Part shown: in pieces, positions 8,363 to 17,058 of the stretch
Position numbering within the stretch: position 1 is the stretch's first letter
Layout: the number at the start of each line of letters is the position of its first letter
Assembly (NCBI GenBank): GCA_903953615.1
Contig: CAJBKH010000027.1
Location: 1-35,873, forward strand
Direction: 5' to 3'
Source: an uncultured Bacteroidota bacterium
GTDB taxonomy: Bacteria > Bacteroidota > Bacteroidia > NS11-12g > UBA955
DNA: 35,873 nucleotides
Program-made: the position numbers and the translations under genes
The notes under the pieces: model-generated
The model's input: only the letters and a program-made list of their open reading frames with translations
Database searches by the model: none
Told to the model about the DNA's origin: nothing

Positions 8363-9580
8363 GTGCAATTAAGCAGGTTCATAGCAACCCGATTGGCCTT
8401 GGGAAAGTTCAAATCTTTTACCTCCTTTATTATTAAGTTGGCTTGGTTTGGCGTGGGCTTAAGTGTAGCGGTAATGATTATTGCCACAGCCGTTGTGATT
8501 GGCTACAAACAACAAATCACCGACAAGGTGGTTGGGTTTGGCGGTCATATTGAAATACATGCTACAGGCACTACTGGCAGTTTTGATTATATGCTTTTTA
8601 AGGATTCGGTGGAAATGGTGAAACAAATTAAAACCATTCCGAATGTTAAATCGGTGGCCCCTATCCTTTCGAAACCCGGCATCTTAAAAGCCAATGAAGA
8701 TTTAGAAGGCATTGTGTTTAAGGGGGTAGATGGCAGTTATGATTTTACTTTTTTTAACAAGAATTTATTAAGAGGCCGAGTACCTAACACCAAAGACAGT
8801 ACTACCAAACGCGAGATTATGATTTCGCAAATACTGGCTAAAAAAATGCAAGTGGATACGGGCAAGACGGTTAAAATATTTTTCATTAACGATCCAGTAC
8901 GTGTGATTCCTTGCAAAATTGTAGGCATTTATGAAACAGGCTTAGAAGAAAATGATATGGTATATGTGATCGGCAGTCTGCGCGAAATGCAACGCATCTT
9001 TGCAGCCCGTGCACCCATGATTACGCATTATGAAATCAATACCCACGACTTTAAACAACTGCTAGCCACTAATAAAAAAATCAACAGACAAACACCCGAA
9101 GTATTGAATGCAGAAAACATGGTGCAAATGAATCCACAGATTTTCGATTGGTTGGGTTACCTCGATCAAAACATTACCATTATTTTGGGTTTAATGATTG
9201 TAGTAGCCTGTATTAATATGATTACGGCTTTGTTGATTTTAATTATTGAACGCACCAACATGGTGGGCATATTGAAAGCTTTGGGGAGTCGCAATAATTT
9301 AATCAAACGCGTGTTCCTCAACCACGCCTTCTACATTTTGATTTTAGGATTAATTTTCGGCAATATATTGGGATTGGGTGCATGTTATTTACAAGACCAC
9401 TTTAAGTTAATAACCCTACCACGCGAAACCTATTACCTTTCTTTTGTGCCCATACAAATCAATTGGCTGTATGTGTTGCTTATTAATATTGGCACTGTTG
9501 CACTTTGTATGGTTGCCCTGTTATTACCCGTGAGAATGATCAATTCTATTGCCCCAGTTAAAGCCATTAAATTCAATTAA
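8363..9580 (+). CDS. FtsX-family ABC transporter permease, LolC/LolE-like
   Basis: 405 aa with a GTG start. It has an N-terminal TM helix, a MacB-type periplasmic domain and a C-terminal FtsX 3-TM bundle (ITIILGLMIVVACINMITALLILIIERTNMVGILKALG). Confidence 0.8.
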   Translation: MQLSRFIATRLALGKFKSFTSFIIKLAWFGVGLSVAVMIIATAVVIGYKQQITDKVVGFGGHIEIHATGTTGSFDYMLFKDSVEMVKQIKTIPNVKSVAPILSKPGILKANEDLEGIVFKGVDGSYDFTFFNKNLLRGRVPNTKDSTTKREIMISQILAKKMQVDTGKTVKIFFINDPVRVIPCKIVGIYETGLEENDMVYVIGSLREMQRIFAARAPMITHYEINTHDFKQLLATNKKINRQTPEVLNAENMVQMNPQIFDWLGYLDQNITIILGLMIVVACINMITALLILIIERTNMVGILKALGSRNNLIKRVFLNHAFYILILGLIFGNILGLGACYLQDHFKLITLPRETYYLSFVPIQINWLYVLLINIGTVALCMVALLLPVRMINSIAPVKAIKFN

Positions 9581-9581
9581 C

Positions 9582-10136
9582 ATGAACTATCCTTTTTTAC
9601 TTAAATTTTCTGCCATTACCAATTTATCCGATGCCCGTTATGCCGCTGGTATGTGGGCCGATTTCATAGGCTTTTGTTTCGATCCTTCATCGCCCGATTA
9701 TATAGAACCTAACAAAGCAAAAGAAATTGCGGGGTGGATCAATGGCCCTTTGGTAGTAGGCGAATTTGGACATCAACCCAAAGAATGGATAGCCGATTTT
9801 GTGAAAGCCATTCCCTTGCATGCTATACAAATCCCTTCTAATTATAGCGATGTAAGTATACAAGATTTAGGTTTACCAATTTTATTAAAAACCGAAACAG
9901 CCGAACTAACGCCTTTGATGGCCCATGCCAAATGCTTGGTATGTGATTCGAAGGAAGTGATGGACGCTTTAAACAAGTCAACCGAGTTGACTATCTTATA
10001 CGAACCCCAAGATAGCACTACCATAGAGCAGATAGAGCAGTATGCTGGCATAGCGCTGAAAGGTCAGGCGGAGACTGCACCAGGCACGCGCAACCACGAT
10101 GCTTGGACGGTGATGCTGGAGCCTTATATGGACTAG
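9582..10136 (+). CDS. TrpF-like (phosphoribosylanthranilate isomerase fold) protein, probably non-catalytic
   Basis: LKFSAITNLSDARYAAGMWADFIGFCFDPSSPDYIEPNKAKEI parallels TrpF KICGIT..eDa..a...GAD.iGFvF...SPRyv. The catalytic Cys position is Ser. The ATG is 1 nt after the permease stop codon. Confidence 0.5.
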   Translation: MNYPFLLKFSAITNLSDARYAAGMWADFIGFCFDPSSPDYIEPNKAKEIAGWINGPLVVGEFGHQPKEWIADFVKAIPLHAIQIPSNYSDVSIQDLGLPILLKTETAELTPLMAHAKCLVCDSKEVMDALNKSTELTILYEPQDSTTIEQIEQYAGIALKGQAETAPGTRNHDAWTVMLEPYMD

Positions 10137-10228
10137 GGATGTATCATCGCTTGGTCCCGTGGCCTTTAGCCACGGTTACTAAGATGTCACTCCTACGGAG
10201 TTTGAAACCATTTTAATTTGCCATTTGT

Positions 10229-10260
10229 AGAAAACATACCTATCGGTATGTTTTCTTTTT
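10229..10260 (+). terminator. Intrinsic terminator between convergent genes
   Basis: A 12-bp stem (AGAAAACATACC-TATC-GGTATGTTTTCT) is followed by TTTT. Confidence 0.7.
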
Positions 10261-10271
10261 GCAACACTTAT

Positions 10272-10946
10272 TTAGAACAAGACACCAACCTTTACACTAG
10301 GGGTTACCATGTGGCGGTTGACTTTAAAAGTATTATCAAAAGATTTATCATAGGCTTTCGACCGGCCAACCATTTTGTTTTTTTCAAAATAGTAATTGTA
10401 TTGTATTTCTAAACCGACTGTGAATCTTTTCTTGATTACCACTTGACTGTTCACCCCTGCACCCACACCCATGCTAGAATATCTATAATTGTTGAATGGT
10501 GGCTCCTGATACTTCATTGAACCCAATAATACGAGTTCACCTCCGCTTGGTCGTGCTGAAATGGCGCCATAAGGTTGAATTCTAATCTTATTATCTTTAA
10601 AACTAAATTGATAACCACATGCTAAATCGAAGGCGTGGTAATGTCTGAAATCAATATCTCCAATATCTTGTTTCTTAAAGTTCATGTCAGCGTAATTTTT
10701 ATAATCAGCAGACAACACCCAATTGTTTCTTAATATACATGATACCTTATAAAAAGTTATGCCAAAGAGTGGACTATTGCCTTTGAAGCCCAAAGGGAAT
10801 TTTTTATAATCCATGAAAAAAGTGGTTGAATGCCCAAGCTCGACATTGAAATGACAACGCTTTACCTTACCCGAATCAAAGGGTTTCTTATTGGCCAATA
10901 GAGAACCTGTCCCCATTATTAAAACAACTAAAACAAAACTTTTCAT
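10272..10946 (-). CDS. Hypothetical outer-membrane beta-barrel protein
   Basis: Signal peptide MKSFVLVVLIMGTGSLLA, alternating-strand composition, and a C-terminal ...VKVGVLF. Confidence 0.55.
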   Translation of the reverse strand: MKSFVLVVLIMGTGSLLANKKPFDSGKVKRCHFNVELGHSTTFFMDYKKFPLGFKGNSPLFGITFYKVSCILRNNWVLSADYKNYADMNFKKQDIGDIDFRHYHAFDLACGYQFSFKDNKIRIQPYGAISARPSGGELVLLGSMKYQEPPFNNYRYSSMGVGAGVNSQVVIKKRFTVGLEIQYNYYFEKNKMVGRSKAYDKSFDNTFKVNRHMVTPSVKVGVLF

Positions 10947-10969
10947 ATAAAAAACAACAATGTACTATT

Positions 10970-10977
10970 CAAATATA
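10970..10977 (-). promoter_or_regulatory. Candidate -7 promoter box (TAnnTTTG)
   Basis: The minus strand reads TATATTTG, 23 nt upstream of the ATG at 10946. Confidence 0.4.
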
Positions 10978-11266
10978 TTATAAAAAATGGAAAAACATAC
11001 CAAGCGGTCGGTTTATTATGAACACTCGCCAAATACACCTAGTGCAACTATCCTTACAAGATTTGTAATCGAACTTTGGTCTTTACAAACTTTGCCGTCA
11101 TTAAATCATAAACATTGTTTATTAAAATAATCAAACTTTTAGTTGGCGGCAAATCGGTATACGAACACAAGGTTTGCGTCCCATTGTATATCTTTACAGG
11201 TTTCGACATAAAGCTAATTGAAGCAAGGTTTGCAGTTGAAATAGCATAAATTAAGGAATTAATCTT

Positions 11267-11274
11267 TAAATTTG
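11267..11274 (+). promoter_or_regulatory. Candidate -7 promoter box abutting the start codon
   Basis: Exact TAAATTTG lies only 6 nt before the ATG at 11281. Confidence 0.35.
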
Positions 11275-11280
11275 CCTTTC

Positions 11281-13350
11281 ATGCAATTGCTTATTTCTTC
11301 ACCTTGGTGGTTCATTGGTTTGTGTTTATTAGCAGGCGCATTGTATACCTTTGTGCTTTACCAATCCAAATGGAACAACTTATGGTATAAACTCTGCGCA
11401 ATTTTTCGGTTCTTGCTTGTAAGCTTTTTGTGTTTTTTCTTACTCTCCCCTTTGTTGGTACAAAAAGTAAGCATGGTGCAAAAGCCCATTGTCATCATGG
11501 CCATGGACAATTCACAATCCATTTTATCGAACAAAGACTCGGCCTTTTACCGCACTGAATTTTTAAAAACATGGCAGCGTGCTAAATCAATTTTAGGTTC
11601 CGATTACGATGTACAATACTTGCGTTATGGCAGTCAGTTGAACCCAACAGATAGTATTTATTTCAATGAAAAAAGAAGTAATATCGGTCAGGTATTCGAT
11701 TACATTAACAACACCTATGCTAAGCAAAACATAGGTGCTGTAGTGCTTGCTACTGATGGCATATACAACAAGGGCAATAACCCATTGTATAAAACATTCG
11801 ATAACCACTCTGCATTGTATGCCATCGGCATGGGCGATACCACCATTAAAAAAGACATTATTGTCAAAGAAGTAAATGTCAATGCGATTGCCTACTTGGG
11901 CAATGAATTTCCGATTGATATTAATTTAGCAGCCTATGCCTGCAACAATAATAGCTCGCAATTAAATGTTACAATCGATGGCAAACCATTGACATCAAAA
12001 ACCATTGCATTCAACCAAGCCAATTTCTTTCAGCATTTAAGTTTATCTGCCACGGCCGACCAAGCAGGGACTAAGCATATAGTCATCACTATGTCGACCA
12101 TTGATGGGGAGGTATCTAAAATCAATAACCGAAAGGATGTTTTCATTGAAGTGATAGATGGCAGAGAAAAAATATTATTAACCTATAACGGACCACATCC
12201 AGATATTGGCGCCTTGAAAGAAGCCATTAAAGCCAATACGAATTACGAAGTGGTTTCAGAACCAGTAGCGGAGGTTAAGCTCAGTGATATTTCTAAATAC
12301 AGTGTGATTATCATGCACCAATTGCCTTCGCGAGCAAACAATGCCAGTTACATCATCAATACTGCAAGAACAGCTAAAATCCCTATCTGGTGCATCGTCG
12401 GCAATCAAAGTGCTATTGATTTATTGCCAACCGTTTCTGGTGTAGCTAAAATTTATAATAACCAAGGGCGCATGAACGAAAGTCAAGCGCAATACAACAC
12501 CAATTTTAACACTTTTGTATTGGAAACCAAAACCCAAGAAACCTTGGCGGAGTTACCCCCGCTCGATGTACCTTATGGCAGTTATGCCGCATCGGACAAT
12601 GCCGAAGTTTTGGCCTATCAAAAAATAGGAGCCGTAGGCACTAAATTACCACTGTGGGCCATGGTGAATCAGAATGGCGAAAAAACCGCTTTGCTTTTTG
12701 GAGAAGGTTTTTGGAAATGGCGAATGGCCGATTATTACAACAACGAAAACCATTTAGCCACCAATGAATTGGTGAGCAAGACCATACAATATTTGGCAGT
12801 GAAGGATGATAAGAGAAAGTTCAGAGTGTATCCTTCAAAGAATGTATATGAGGAAGATGAGTCGGTGCGATTTATTGCAGAGCTTTACAATAGCAGTTAT
12901 GAATTAGTCAACCAAGTTGACGTTAAAATTGAACTTAGCAATCGCGAAGGCAAAACTTTTCGCTATACCTTTAGTCCGTTTAACAAATCTTATCAATTGG
13001 ATATTGGTGCTATGCCTGCAGGTATATACCAATACAAAGCTACTGCCGATGGCTTGCCAGATAAAGTGAGTGGTCAAATTTTAATTACACCACTGCAAAC
13101 TGAATTATTAAACACCACTGCCGACTTTGGCACACTGCGCCAAATGGCGAATAAAAACAATGGGCAATTTTACAAAGCCACAGAATTAGAAACAGCCTTG
13201 CAGAACATCAAAAAAAATACCGCCATCACTTCCGTTTCTTATACAGAAAAAAAGACCGATGAGCTCATCAATTTAAAATGGGTGTTCTTTTTTCTATTGC
13301 TATTATTAACAGCAGAATGGTTCATTCGCAAATATGAAGGAGGTTATTAA
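11281..13350 (+). CDS. Membrane-anchored vWA-like domain protein
   Basis: It has two N-terminal TM helices, a MIDAS-like DxSxS motif (AMDNSQS) and a later ATDG motif. A C-terminal TM helix is present (WVFFFLLLLLTAEWFI). The start is set to the ATG at 11281. Confidence 0.6.
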   Translation: MQLLISSPWWFIGLCLLAGALYTFVLYQSKWNNLWYKLCAIFRFLLVSFLCFFLLSPLLVQKVSMVQKPIVIMAMDNSQSILSNKDSAFYRTEFLKTWQRAKSILGSDYDVQYLRYGSQLNPTDSIYFNEKRSNIGQVFDYINNTYAKQNIGAVVLATDGIYNKGNNPLYKTFDNHSALYAIGMGDTTIKKDIIVKEVNVNAIAYLGNEFPIDINLAAYACNNNSSQLNVTIDGKPLTSKTIAFNQANFFQHLSLSATADQAGTKHIVITMSTIDGEVSKINNRKDVFIEVIDGREKILLTYNGPHPDIGALKEAIKANTNYEVVSEPVAEVKLSDISKYSVIIMHQLPSRANNASYIINTARTAKIPIWCIVGNQSAIDLLPTVSGVAKIYNNQGRMNESQAQYNTNFNTFVLETKTQETLAELPPLDVPYGSYAASDNAEVLAYQKIGAVGTKLPLWAMVNQNGEKTALLFGEGFWKWRMADYYNNENHLATNELVSKTIQYLAVKDDKRKFRVYPSKNVYEEDESVRFIAELYNSSYELVNQVDVKIELSNREGKTFRYTFSPFNKSYQLDIGAMPAGIYQYKATADGLPDKVSGQILITPLQTELLNTTADFGTLRQMANKNNGQFYKATELETALQNIKKNTAITSVSYTEKKTDELINLKWVFFFLLLLLTAEWFIRKYEGGY

Positions 13351-14351
13351 TGCTTGATTTTTTGCGCAAACACGACTTGCTAAAATTGGTGCACCATCCT
13401 GTTTTGTGCAATTACTATGTTACCTACCGCTGCAATGCCAAGTGCAGTTTCTGCGATATTTGGGAAAAACCATCGCCTTATGTTAACACTGAAAATGCTT
13501 TACAAAATCTTAAAGATTTAAAACGCTTGGGGGTTAATGTCATCGACTTTACTGGAGGCGAACCATTGTTGCACAGAGAACTACCCGAGCTGTTAAAAAT
13601 AGCCAAAGATTTAGGCTTTATAACAACAGTAACTACCAATGCTTTGTTGTATCCTAAAATGGCGCACAAGCTCAAAGGCTTAGTCGACATGTTGCACTTT
13701 TCTTTGGACTCGCCAGATGCCGAAACCCATAATAAAAGCAGGGGTGTTGCCTTGTTCGACAAATTTTTGGAATCGATTGAAGTAGCAAAAACCCTTGGCG
13801 AAAAACCTGATATTATTTTCACCGTATTTGAAAATAACATGAACGAAATTGAAACCGTATATAGTCAACTTAGTTTACCAAATAAAATGATGTTGATTTT
13901 GAATCCCGTATTCGAATATAATGGCGTAGGTGGTGAAATCCCCCTCAAACAATTGGATGAATTGGCTGATTGGGGTAAGAAAAAATTGGTATACATCAAC
14001 AAAGGATTTATTGAATTGCGCAAGAATGGAGGCAACCATATTGAGTCGCCCGTATGTAATGCGGCTAGCACCACCATTGTTATATCACCTGAGAATAAAT
14101 TGATGTTACCTTGTTATCATTTGGGCATAGAGGAATTACCCATCGACAATCAATTATACGATTTGTGGAACAGCAAAAAGGTACAGACCTTAATTAAGCT
14201 AGAAGGCAAACACGAAAAATGCGAAGGGTGTACTGTGAATTGTTACATGCAACCAAGTTTTGCCACCGAGCTAAGTTCTTATTGGATGGCGGCCCTCCCA
14301 TCAACTTTAAAATACAACTTAGTGAAAGGTACTTGGAAAGAGATGTTATGA
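13350..14351 (+). CDS. Radical SAM protein of unknown specificity
   Basis: It has the CX3CX2C motif (CNAKCSFC), a GGEPLL SAM-binding motif and extra C-terminal cysteines (...PCYH...KCEGCTVNCY). Its ATG overlaps the upstream TAA as TAATG. Confidence 0.85.
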   Translation: MLDFLRKHDLLKLVHHPVLCNYYVTYRCNAKCSFCDIWEKPSPYVNTENALQNLKDLKRLGVNVIDFTGGEPLLHRELPELLKIAKDLGFITTVTTNALLYPKMAHKLKGLVDMLHFSLDSPDAETHNKSRGVALFDKFLESIEVAKTLGEKPDIIFTVFENNMNEIETVYSQLSLPNKMMLILNPVFEYNGVGGEIPLKQLDELADWGKKKLVYINKGFIELRKNGGNHIESPVCNAASTTIVISPENKLMLPCYHLGIEELPIDNQLYDLWNSKKVQTLIKLEGKHEKCEGCTVNCYMQPSFATELSSYWMAALPSTLKYNLVKGTWKEML

Positions 14352-14385
14352 TGAACACGTCGAACCCATCAAATCAAACGACTCC

Positions 14386-14802
14386 CTAAAACTGCCTATT
14401 TTTTGTTACCCATTCCGCAATGTAGGTAACAATATCAGTGGTATCGGTTCCTGGAGGAAATAGCTTCGCAACGCCTTGCGCATTGAGTGTTAACATATCA
14501 TCATCTGGTATGATACCGCCACCAATTAACAACACATTTTCGAGTTGTTTTTCTTTCATTTTTTCTATCACTTTTGGAAACACGGTGTTGTGTGCGCCCG
14601 ATAAAATGCTAATGCCTATAACATCTACATCTTCTTGTAGCGCGGCATTCACAACCATTTCGGGGGTTTGCCTAAGGCCTGTATAAATCACTTCCATACC
14701 CGCGTCTCTTAAGGCAGTGGCTATAACTTTGGCGCCTCTATCATGACCATCGAGACCAACTTTTGCGATTAACACCCTAATGGGTCTATTTAATTCTGAC
14801 AT
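14386..14802 (-). CDS. Cobalamin-binding domain protein (methylmalonyl-CoA mutase C-terminal domain / small subunit type)
   Basis: 138 aa with the DxHxxG B12-binding motif ([12 protein letters not shown]) and the ...GISILSGAH... and ...LIGGGIIP... signatures. Confidence 0.85.
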   Translation of the reverse strand: MSELNRPIRVLIAKVGLDGHDRGAKVIATALRDAGMEVIYTGLRQTPEMVVNAALQEDVDVIGISILSGAHNTVFPKVIEKMKEKQLENVLLIGGGIIPDDDMLTLNAQGVAKLFPPGTDTTDIVTYIAEWVTKNRQF

Positions 14803-14804
14803 TA

Positions 14805-15323
14805 TTATTTTATGCGTTTAAGTTTAAATGCTTTGTGTTTTTTTAAATGTTTCTCACAGTAATTTTTAAATGGCTCATTGTCCATTATATATTCACCACT
14901 CGTTTTCCCAGTGGCCTTAATGTATTGTTCCATTTTCTTTTGTTGTTTACCTTGCGATAAACTAAAAATATACAAGGCATCTTGTTTTACTAAAATTGGA
15001 AAAGTCCACCAAGTGATAACACCATTCTCGTTGTGCCTGATATTGAAAAAATAAAAATCACCTAAATGGGTTAAGGTTGTAGTATCTGATAATTGCAAAA
15101 GTTTACCAAACATTTTATCATTCGAAATGGTGGTGGTTTCTGCAATATTTAAAGTAAATGTATCGTTGCCGCCTTTGTGTTTATCTACCGATTGATAATT
15201 ACCTTGCATTTCGATTGGAAAGGCTGCGCGGGGCGAACCTGGCTGAGCCGTAAAAGTACTTAATCGGCAACCCGTTGCGAGCACCATTATAAATACCGTT
15301 CCGAAAAATTTCAAGGTTTTCAT
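14805..15323 (-). CDS. Hypothetical lipoprotein
   Basis: Signal peptide with a lipobox (MVLATGC). It lies 2 nt upstream of the B12-domain gene and 17 nt downstream of gltX. Confidence 0.55.
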   Translation of the reverse strand: MKTLKFFGTVFIMVLATGCRLSTFTAQPGSPRAAFPIEMQGNYQSVDKHKGGNDTFTLNIAETTTISNDKMFGKLLQLSDTTTLTHLGDFYFFNIRHNENGVITWWTFPILVKQDALYIFSLSQGKQQKKMEQYIKATGKTSGEYIMDNEPFKNYCEKHLKKHKAFKLKRIK

Positions 15324-15340
15324 TTTACAATTATCGTTGA

Positions 15341-16870
15341 TTAGGCAGTAAGTGCAATTTGTTGAATGGCTGTATTAATACGTGCGATACTTTCTTCGAC
15401 ACCAATTAAATGCAACATTTCGAAAATCGGAGGACCACCACCCTCACCGCTTAATGCTAAGCGCAAAGGTTGCATAGCACTACCGGCACCAATGCCCGTT
15501 GATTCGCCTGTGCTTTTAAACAAGGCTTCGATTTCTACCGCATTGGCCGCTTTATTTTGTTCTAATGCTTGTGCAAATGCAGTAAGGTATTGCACTGCTT
15601 GAGCAGTCCATTTCTTAGCGCTTACTTGGGCATCATATTGTTGAGGGGCTTCAAAGAAATAAGCCGACTTGTCAATAATTTCACTTTTAAAGGTTACTTT
15701 TTCTTTGATTAAGCCTACTACTTTCTCTAGATAATCTAGAGTTGTGTTATACCCTTTTGAAACCGCTTCTGGCATAATACTGGCCGCAATTTCAGCATTT
15801 GGTTTTAACATCAATTGTTGGTGGTTAAACCATTTGGCTTTCTCCGGATCAAACTTCGCACCATTCTTACTGATTTTTTCGAGCGAGAACAATTCAATTA
15901 ATTCTTTCTCAGAAAATATTTCACGGTTATCAGATGTATGCCAACCCAATAAGGCCAGCATGTTCATAACACCTTCAGGCTCATAACCACGTTCTCTATA
16001 ACCACTGCTAATTTCGCCAGTAGCAGGATCTTGCCATTGCAAAGGAAATACAGGAAATCCTAAACGGTCGCCATCGCGTTTACTTAATTTTCCATTGCCA
16101 TCTGGCTTTAGTATCAAAGGCAAGTGTGCAAATTGTGGCATCACATCTTCCCATCCAAAATATCTGTACAACATGACGTGCAATGGTGCCGATGGCAACC
16201 ACTCCTCGCCTCTTATCACGTGTGTTATTTTCATCGTATAATCATCCACCACATTGGCCAAATGATACGTTGGCATGCCATCACTTTTGAATAACACTTT
16301 ATCATCCATAGCAGACGTTTGCACCACTACCCAACCTCGGATTAAATCGTGAAAACGCACTTCTTCTTTGCGCGGTAATTTGATACGAATGACATAAGGT
16401 TCGCCAGCTTCTAATTTTTGTTTTACATCATCTTCAGAAAGTGTCAAAGAATTTTTCATACTCATTCTGCTCACTGCATCATATTGCGGTGCCATACCAC
16501 CTGCTTTTAATTTTTCGCGCATGGCATCTAAATCTTCTGTGGTATCAAAAGCGTAATAGGCGTTACCGCTTGTCAATAATTGATCGGCATATTGACGGTA
16601 CATGGCTTTGCGATCGCTTTGGCGGTAAGGCGCATAAGGACCACCCACATGGGTGCCTTCATCGAAACCAATGCCTACCCATTTCAAAGCCTCTACAATA
16701 TAATCTTCTGCTCCTGGCACAAAGCGACCCTGATCGGTATCCTCAATTCTCAATATCATGGTGCCACCTTGTTGTTTGGCATATAAATAATTAAACAAGG
16801 CTGTGCGCACGCCACCAATGTGCAGGGGTCCTGTAGGACTAGGGGCAAATCTTACTCTAACTTTCGACAT
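15341..16870 (-). CDS. gltX: Glutamate--tRNA ligase
   Basis: HIGH motif (PSPTGPLHIGGVRTA) and KMSKS motif (GKLSKRDG). The start is trimmed to MSKVRVRFAPSPTG at 16870. Confidence 0.93.
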   Translation of the reverse strand: MSKVRVRFAPSPTGPLHIGGVRTALFNYLYAKQQGGTMILRIEDTDQGRFVPGAEDYIVEALKWVGIGFDEGTHVGGPYAPYRQSDRKAMYRQYADQLLTSGNAYYAFDTTEDLDAMREKLKAGGMAPQYDAVSRMSMKNSLTLSEDDVKQKLEAGEPYVIRIKLPRKEEVRFHDLIRGWVVVQTSAMDDKVLFKSDGMPTYHLANVVDDYTMKITHVIRGEEWLPSAPLHVMLYRYFGWEDVMPQFAHLPLILKPDGNGKLSKRDGDRLGFPVFPLQWQDPATGEISSGYRERGYEPEGVMNMLALLGWHTSDNREIFSEKELIELFSLEKISKNGAKFDPEKAKWFNHQQLMLKPNAEIAASIMPEAVSKGYNTTLDYLEKVVGLIKEKVTFKSEIIDKSAYFFEAPQQYDAQVSAKKWTAQAVQYLTAFAQALEQNKAANAVEIEALFKSTGESTGIGAGSAMQPLRLALSGEGGGPPIFEMLHLIGVEESIARINTAIQQIALTA

Positions 16871-16877
16871 AAAGGTG

Positions 16878-16885
16878 CAAAAATA
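16878..16885 (-). promoter_or_regulatory. Candidate -7 promoter box abutting the gltX start
   Basis: The minus strand reads TATTTTTG, 7 nt upstream of the ATG at 16870. Confidence 0.4.
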
Positions 16886-17058
16886 AACATATAATTTTGT
16901 TATACCTATCGCAAATCGCATCACCTGAGAGAAAATAATTTAGGCCATACCCTTTCATCAAAAATTTGGCAAACAAGCCATTAGCATTGGCAAGGACAAT
17001 TTCTTATTTGACTTCATAAGATTGGACAATATTTCCCCTTACTTTGCATTTAAGTATC

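Noticed and set aside
10157-10201. Two small GC-rich hairpins (CCGTGGC-CTTTA-GCCACGG and ACTCC-TAC-GGAGT) after the TrpF-like gene
   Set aside because: They resemble the ubiquitous short REP-like hairpins of Bacteroidota intergenic regions. They sit between convergent genes next to a clear terminator, so nothing suggests a specific function.
10218-10412. 64-aa plus-strand ORF spanning the terminator hairpin and the 3' end of the minus-strand beta-barrel gene
   Set aside because: It overlaps a strong terminator and a better-supported gene, and it has no recognisable features.
14386-15323. Stand-alone B12-binding MCM domain with no catalytic subunit nearby, co-oriented with a lipoprotein and gltX
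   Set aside because: Split methylmalonyl-CoA mutases with unlinked large and small subunits are well known. The tight spacing with gltX and the lipoprotein may simply reflect compact gene packing.
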